Origin: Caulobacterales bacterium
GTDB taxonomy: Bacteria > Pseudomonadota > Alphaproteobacteria > Caulobacterales > Caulobacteraceae
NCBI GenBank assembly: GCA_947474805.1
Contig: CANJKM010000001.1
Coordinates: forward strand, 1-47,410
Length of the DNA: 47,410 bases
Reading direction: 5' to 3'
Position numbers and translations under genes: made by a program. Below the pieces are notes generated by a model, which was not told where the DNA came from, ran no database searches, and saw only the letters and a program-made list of their open reading frames with translations. Of this stretch, positions 45,868 through 47,410 are shown in pieces. Every line of letters begins with the position of its first letter. Positions within the stretch are counted from its first letter, which is position 1.

Positions 45868-46092
45868 TTACGGGGTGGTCGTGGTGTTGGTCGTCATCGT
45901 GGTGTTGGTGGTGGTCACGGTGTTGGCGTCGGCCGGAACGGCGTTCGCGTCGGCCGGGGCCACTTCGGTCACGGTGGTGTTTTCCACGACGTTGGTGGTG
46001 TTGGTTTCAGCCGGCTTGCTGCAGGCGGCGACCGACAGCGCCGAGACGGCGGCGGCGGCGACCAGGATCTTGCGCAGAGTGATGGAGGTCAT
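45868..46092 (-). CDS. small lipoprotein (74 aa), Thr/Asn/Val-rich, paralog B
   Basis: Signal peptide plus lipobox LSVAAC. Shares a 44/45-nt identical core with paralog A (45922-45966 vs 45581-45625). Confidence 0.6.
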   Translation of the reverse strand: MTSITLRKILVAAAAVSALSVAACSKPAETNTTNVVENTTVTEVAPADANAVPADANTVTTTNTTMTTNTTTTP

Positions 46093-46281
46093 GTCCCTGT
46101 CCCCTTAAGGAGTGGAGGTGAAAGCGTGTTGCTACACAAACCTTGCGTCCCGCTCATCGGGCAGCGTTGTCCGCCGCCGACTCGCAAGACTCCACGTTTG
46201 CTGTGGAAGCCATAGGACGACCCCCGCGAGTGAGCAAGCGCAATAATCCTGGCCTTCAGCAAAAGTTCTTATGAATCAGGG

Positions 46282-47154
46282 TTAAGCACCTTCGGCGGGG
46301 ATATTGTTCAGCGCCTCTTCGAGCTGAGCGAAGCTTGGCTGGGCCGGGCTCGGGACATTGCCGCGGCCGATCTCGACCGAGATTTGGGCGGCGTTGCCGT
46401 GCAGGTGGGCGACCAGCACCGAGCGGATGATCCGGTAGAAGGCGCCCTCTTCCTCGACGACCTCTTTCAGCCGGGTCGCGAAGGGGCCGACCAGGCCATA
46501 GGCGAGAAACACGCCCAGGAAGGTGCCGACGAGGGCCGAACCGATCATCTCGCCCAGCACTTCGGGGGGTTCGGTGATCGAACCCATGGTCTTGATGACG
46601 CCCAGCACGGCGGCGACGATGCCGAGCGCGGGCAGGGCGTCGGCGAGGGACTGCAGCGCGCCGGCCCCGGCGAGCCCCTCGTGATGGTGTTTCTCGAGCT
46701 GCAACTCCATCGCGTCCTCGACCTGGTGCGGGTCCTCCAGGTTCATCGTCATCATCCGCAGGGTGTCGCAGATGAAGTCGGTGGCGAAGTGGTCCTTCCC
46801 GATCTTGGGGTAGCGGGAGAAGATGGTGCTGTCGTGCGGGTTCTCGATATGGCTCTCGAGGGCGATGACGCCCTTGGACTTCATCGTCTTGGTCAGCAGG
46901 AAGAGCAAGCTGAGGAGGTCGGTGTAGTCCTTGGCTTTCCACTTGGGTCCGGCGAAGACCTTGCCCATGCCGCCGGCGGTGGCCTTGATCGTCGGCATGG
47001 AGTTGGAGATCAGGAACGAGGCCACGCCCGCGCCGCCGATCGCCATCATCTCGTGCGGGGCGGCGTGCAGGATCACGCCCATGTTGCCGCCGGTCATGAT
47101 GTAGCTGCCGAACACCAGGCCGAACAGCAGCACGATGCCGATAATCTGGAACAT
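46282..47154 (-). CDS. motA: flagellar motor stator protein MotA
   Basis: 290 aa. N-terminus MFQIIGIVLLFGLVFGSYIMTGGN, four TM helices and a conserved plug/cytoplasmic loop. No motB is adjacent. Confidence 0.93.
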   Translation of the reverse strand: MFQIIGIVLLFGLVFGSYIMTGGNMGVILHAAPHEMMAIGGAGVASFLISNSMPTIKATAGGMGKVFAGPKWKAKDYTDLLSLLFLLTKTMKSKGVIALESHIENPHDSTIFSRYPKIGKDHFATDFICDTLRMMTMNLEDPHQVEDAMELQLEKHHHEGLAGAGALQSLADALPALGIVAAVLGVIKTMGSITEPPEVLGEMIGSALVGTFLGVFLAYGLVGPFATRLKEVVEEEGAFYRIIRSVLVAHLHGNAAQISVEIGRGNVPSPAQPSFAQLEEALNNIPAEGA

Positions 47155-47200
47155 GGATTGGCGGACCCGGCTCTAGAGTGGGGTCCTTTATTGGCGGAAG

Positions 47201-47208
47201 ATGGTTAA
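47201..47208 (-). promoter_or_regulatory. TTAACCAT motif (CtrA-type half-site) upstream of motA
   Basis: Plus strand atggttaa, about 47 nt upstream of the motA ATG. TTAA is rare in this high-GC DNA. Confidence 0.25.
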
Positions 47209-47259
47209 CCGCGGGTGAGTGGGGGTGCGGGACGGGGGCGGTTGCACAACACCCGGCCT

Positions 47260-47336
47260 CCCCGGCGAAGGCCGGGGTCCAGCTACGCCGCCCTGTCCTG
47301 CAATGTCCCCAACCTGAGCCCCGGCCTTCGCCGGGG
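47260..47336. repeat. pair of inverted REP-like hairpins (ccccggc-gaag-gccgggg and ccccggc-cttc-gccgggg)
   Basis: Two 18-nt hairpins at 47260-47277 and 47319-47336 are exact reverse complements of each other, 41 nt apart. Confidence 0.45.
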
Positions 47337-47353
47337 AACTCGGAATAGAAGGA

Positions 47354-47410
47354 CTAGTCCTCCCAGGCCAGCTCCACACCCAGGCTCGCCAGCACGTCCC
47401 AGTACTCCGG
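47354..47410 (-). CDS. 3' end of an unidentified CDS (continues beyond the window)
   Basis: The minus-strand frame reads PEYWDVLASLGVELAWED* with strong GC3 bias. The fragment is too short to name. Confidence 0.3.
   Translation of the reverse strand, partial: PEYWDVLASLGVELAWED

Noticed and set aside
47188-47379. 63-aa minus-strand ORF upstream of motA
   Set aside because: It is a translation of the inverted REP hairpin pair (…SSPAKAGAQ…PSPGRPG…). This is a known type of annotation artefact.

Overview
High-GC alphaproteobacterial chromosome segment. GapR (DUF2312), a motA with no adjacent motB, a DUF4167 gene next to prmC and a regB-regA/senC module suggest a Caulobacterales-like organism. 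The window is densely packed with about 47 protein-coding genes, nearly all core housekeeping. In order: ispG (5' partial), prfA, a MOSC gene, prmC, DUF4167, an APC permease, phoB-phoU-phoR, a TonB-dependent receptor, TauE, and small envelope, EEP and NUDIX genes. Then comes a co-directional cluster of acyltransferase-3, serine hydrolase, a binding-protein-less ABC transporter and an M13 peptidase. This is followed by dienelactone hydrolase, a hybrid PAS histidine kinase, the pntAA-pntAB-pntB operon headed by a COX4_pro_2 gene, MltB, GNATs, a methyltransferase and an FMN-dependent alpha-hydroxy-acid oxidase. rpmJ comes next; it is too short for the ORF track and was found by eye. The rest is gapR, galE, DUF983, regA-regB/senC, phaZ, a YgjP-type M48 peptidase, PBP1A, a CHAP protein, mnmC, two paralogous mini-lipoproteins and motA. 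I found no rRNA, tRNA, CRISPR array, transposase, integrase, prophage or recognisable defence genes, so this reads as an ordinary core region rather than an accessory island. The long ORFs antisense to real genes are high-GC shadow ORFs. The most interesting items are modest. (1) An ABC system without a binding protein (duplicated permease, ATPase with a C-terminal extra domain) is translationally coupled to an M13 metallopeptidase with a twin-arginine-like signal. (2) A small secreted-protein gene is embedded between pntAB and pntB. (3) Two tandem paralogous mini-lipoprotein genes with a near-identical 45-nt core and 15-nt repeats lie downstream of orphan motA. (4) A three-segment alternative-pairing leader could occlude the ribosome-binding site of the APC permease. 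(5) PhoR has no membrane anchor and abuts phoU-phoB with no pst transporter genes. (6) Several families of REP-like palindromic elements occur. All functional calls rest on motif recognition by eye. No database search was run.
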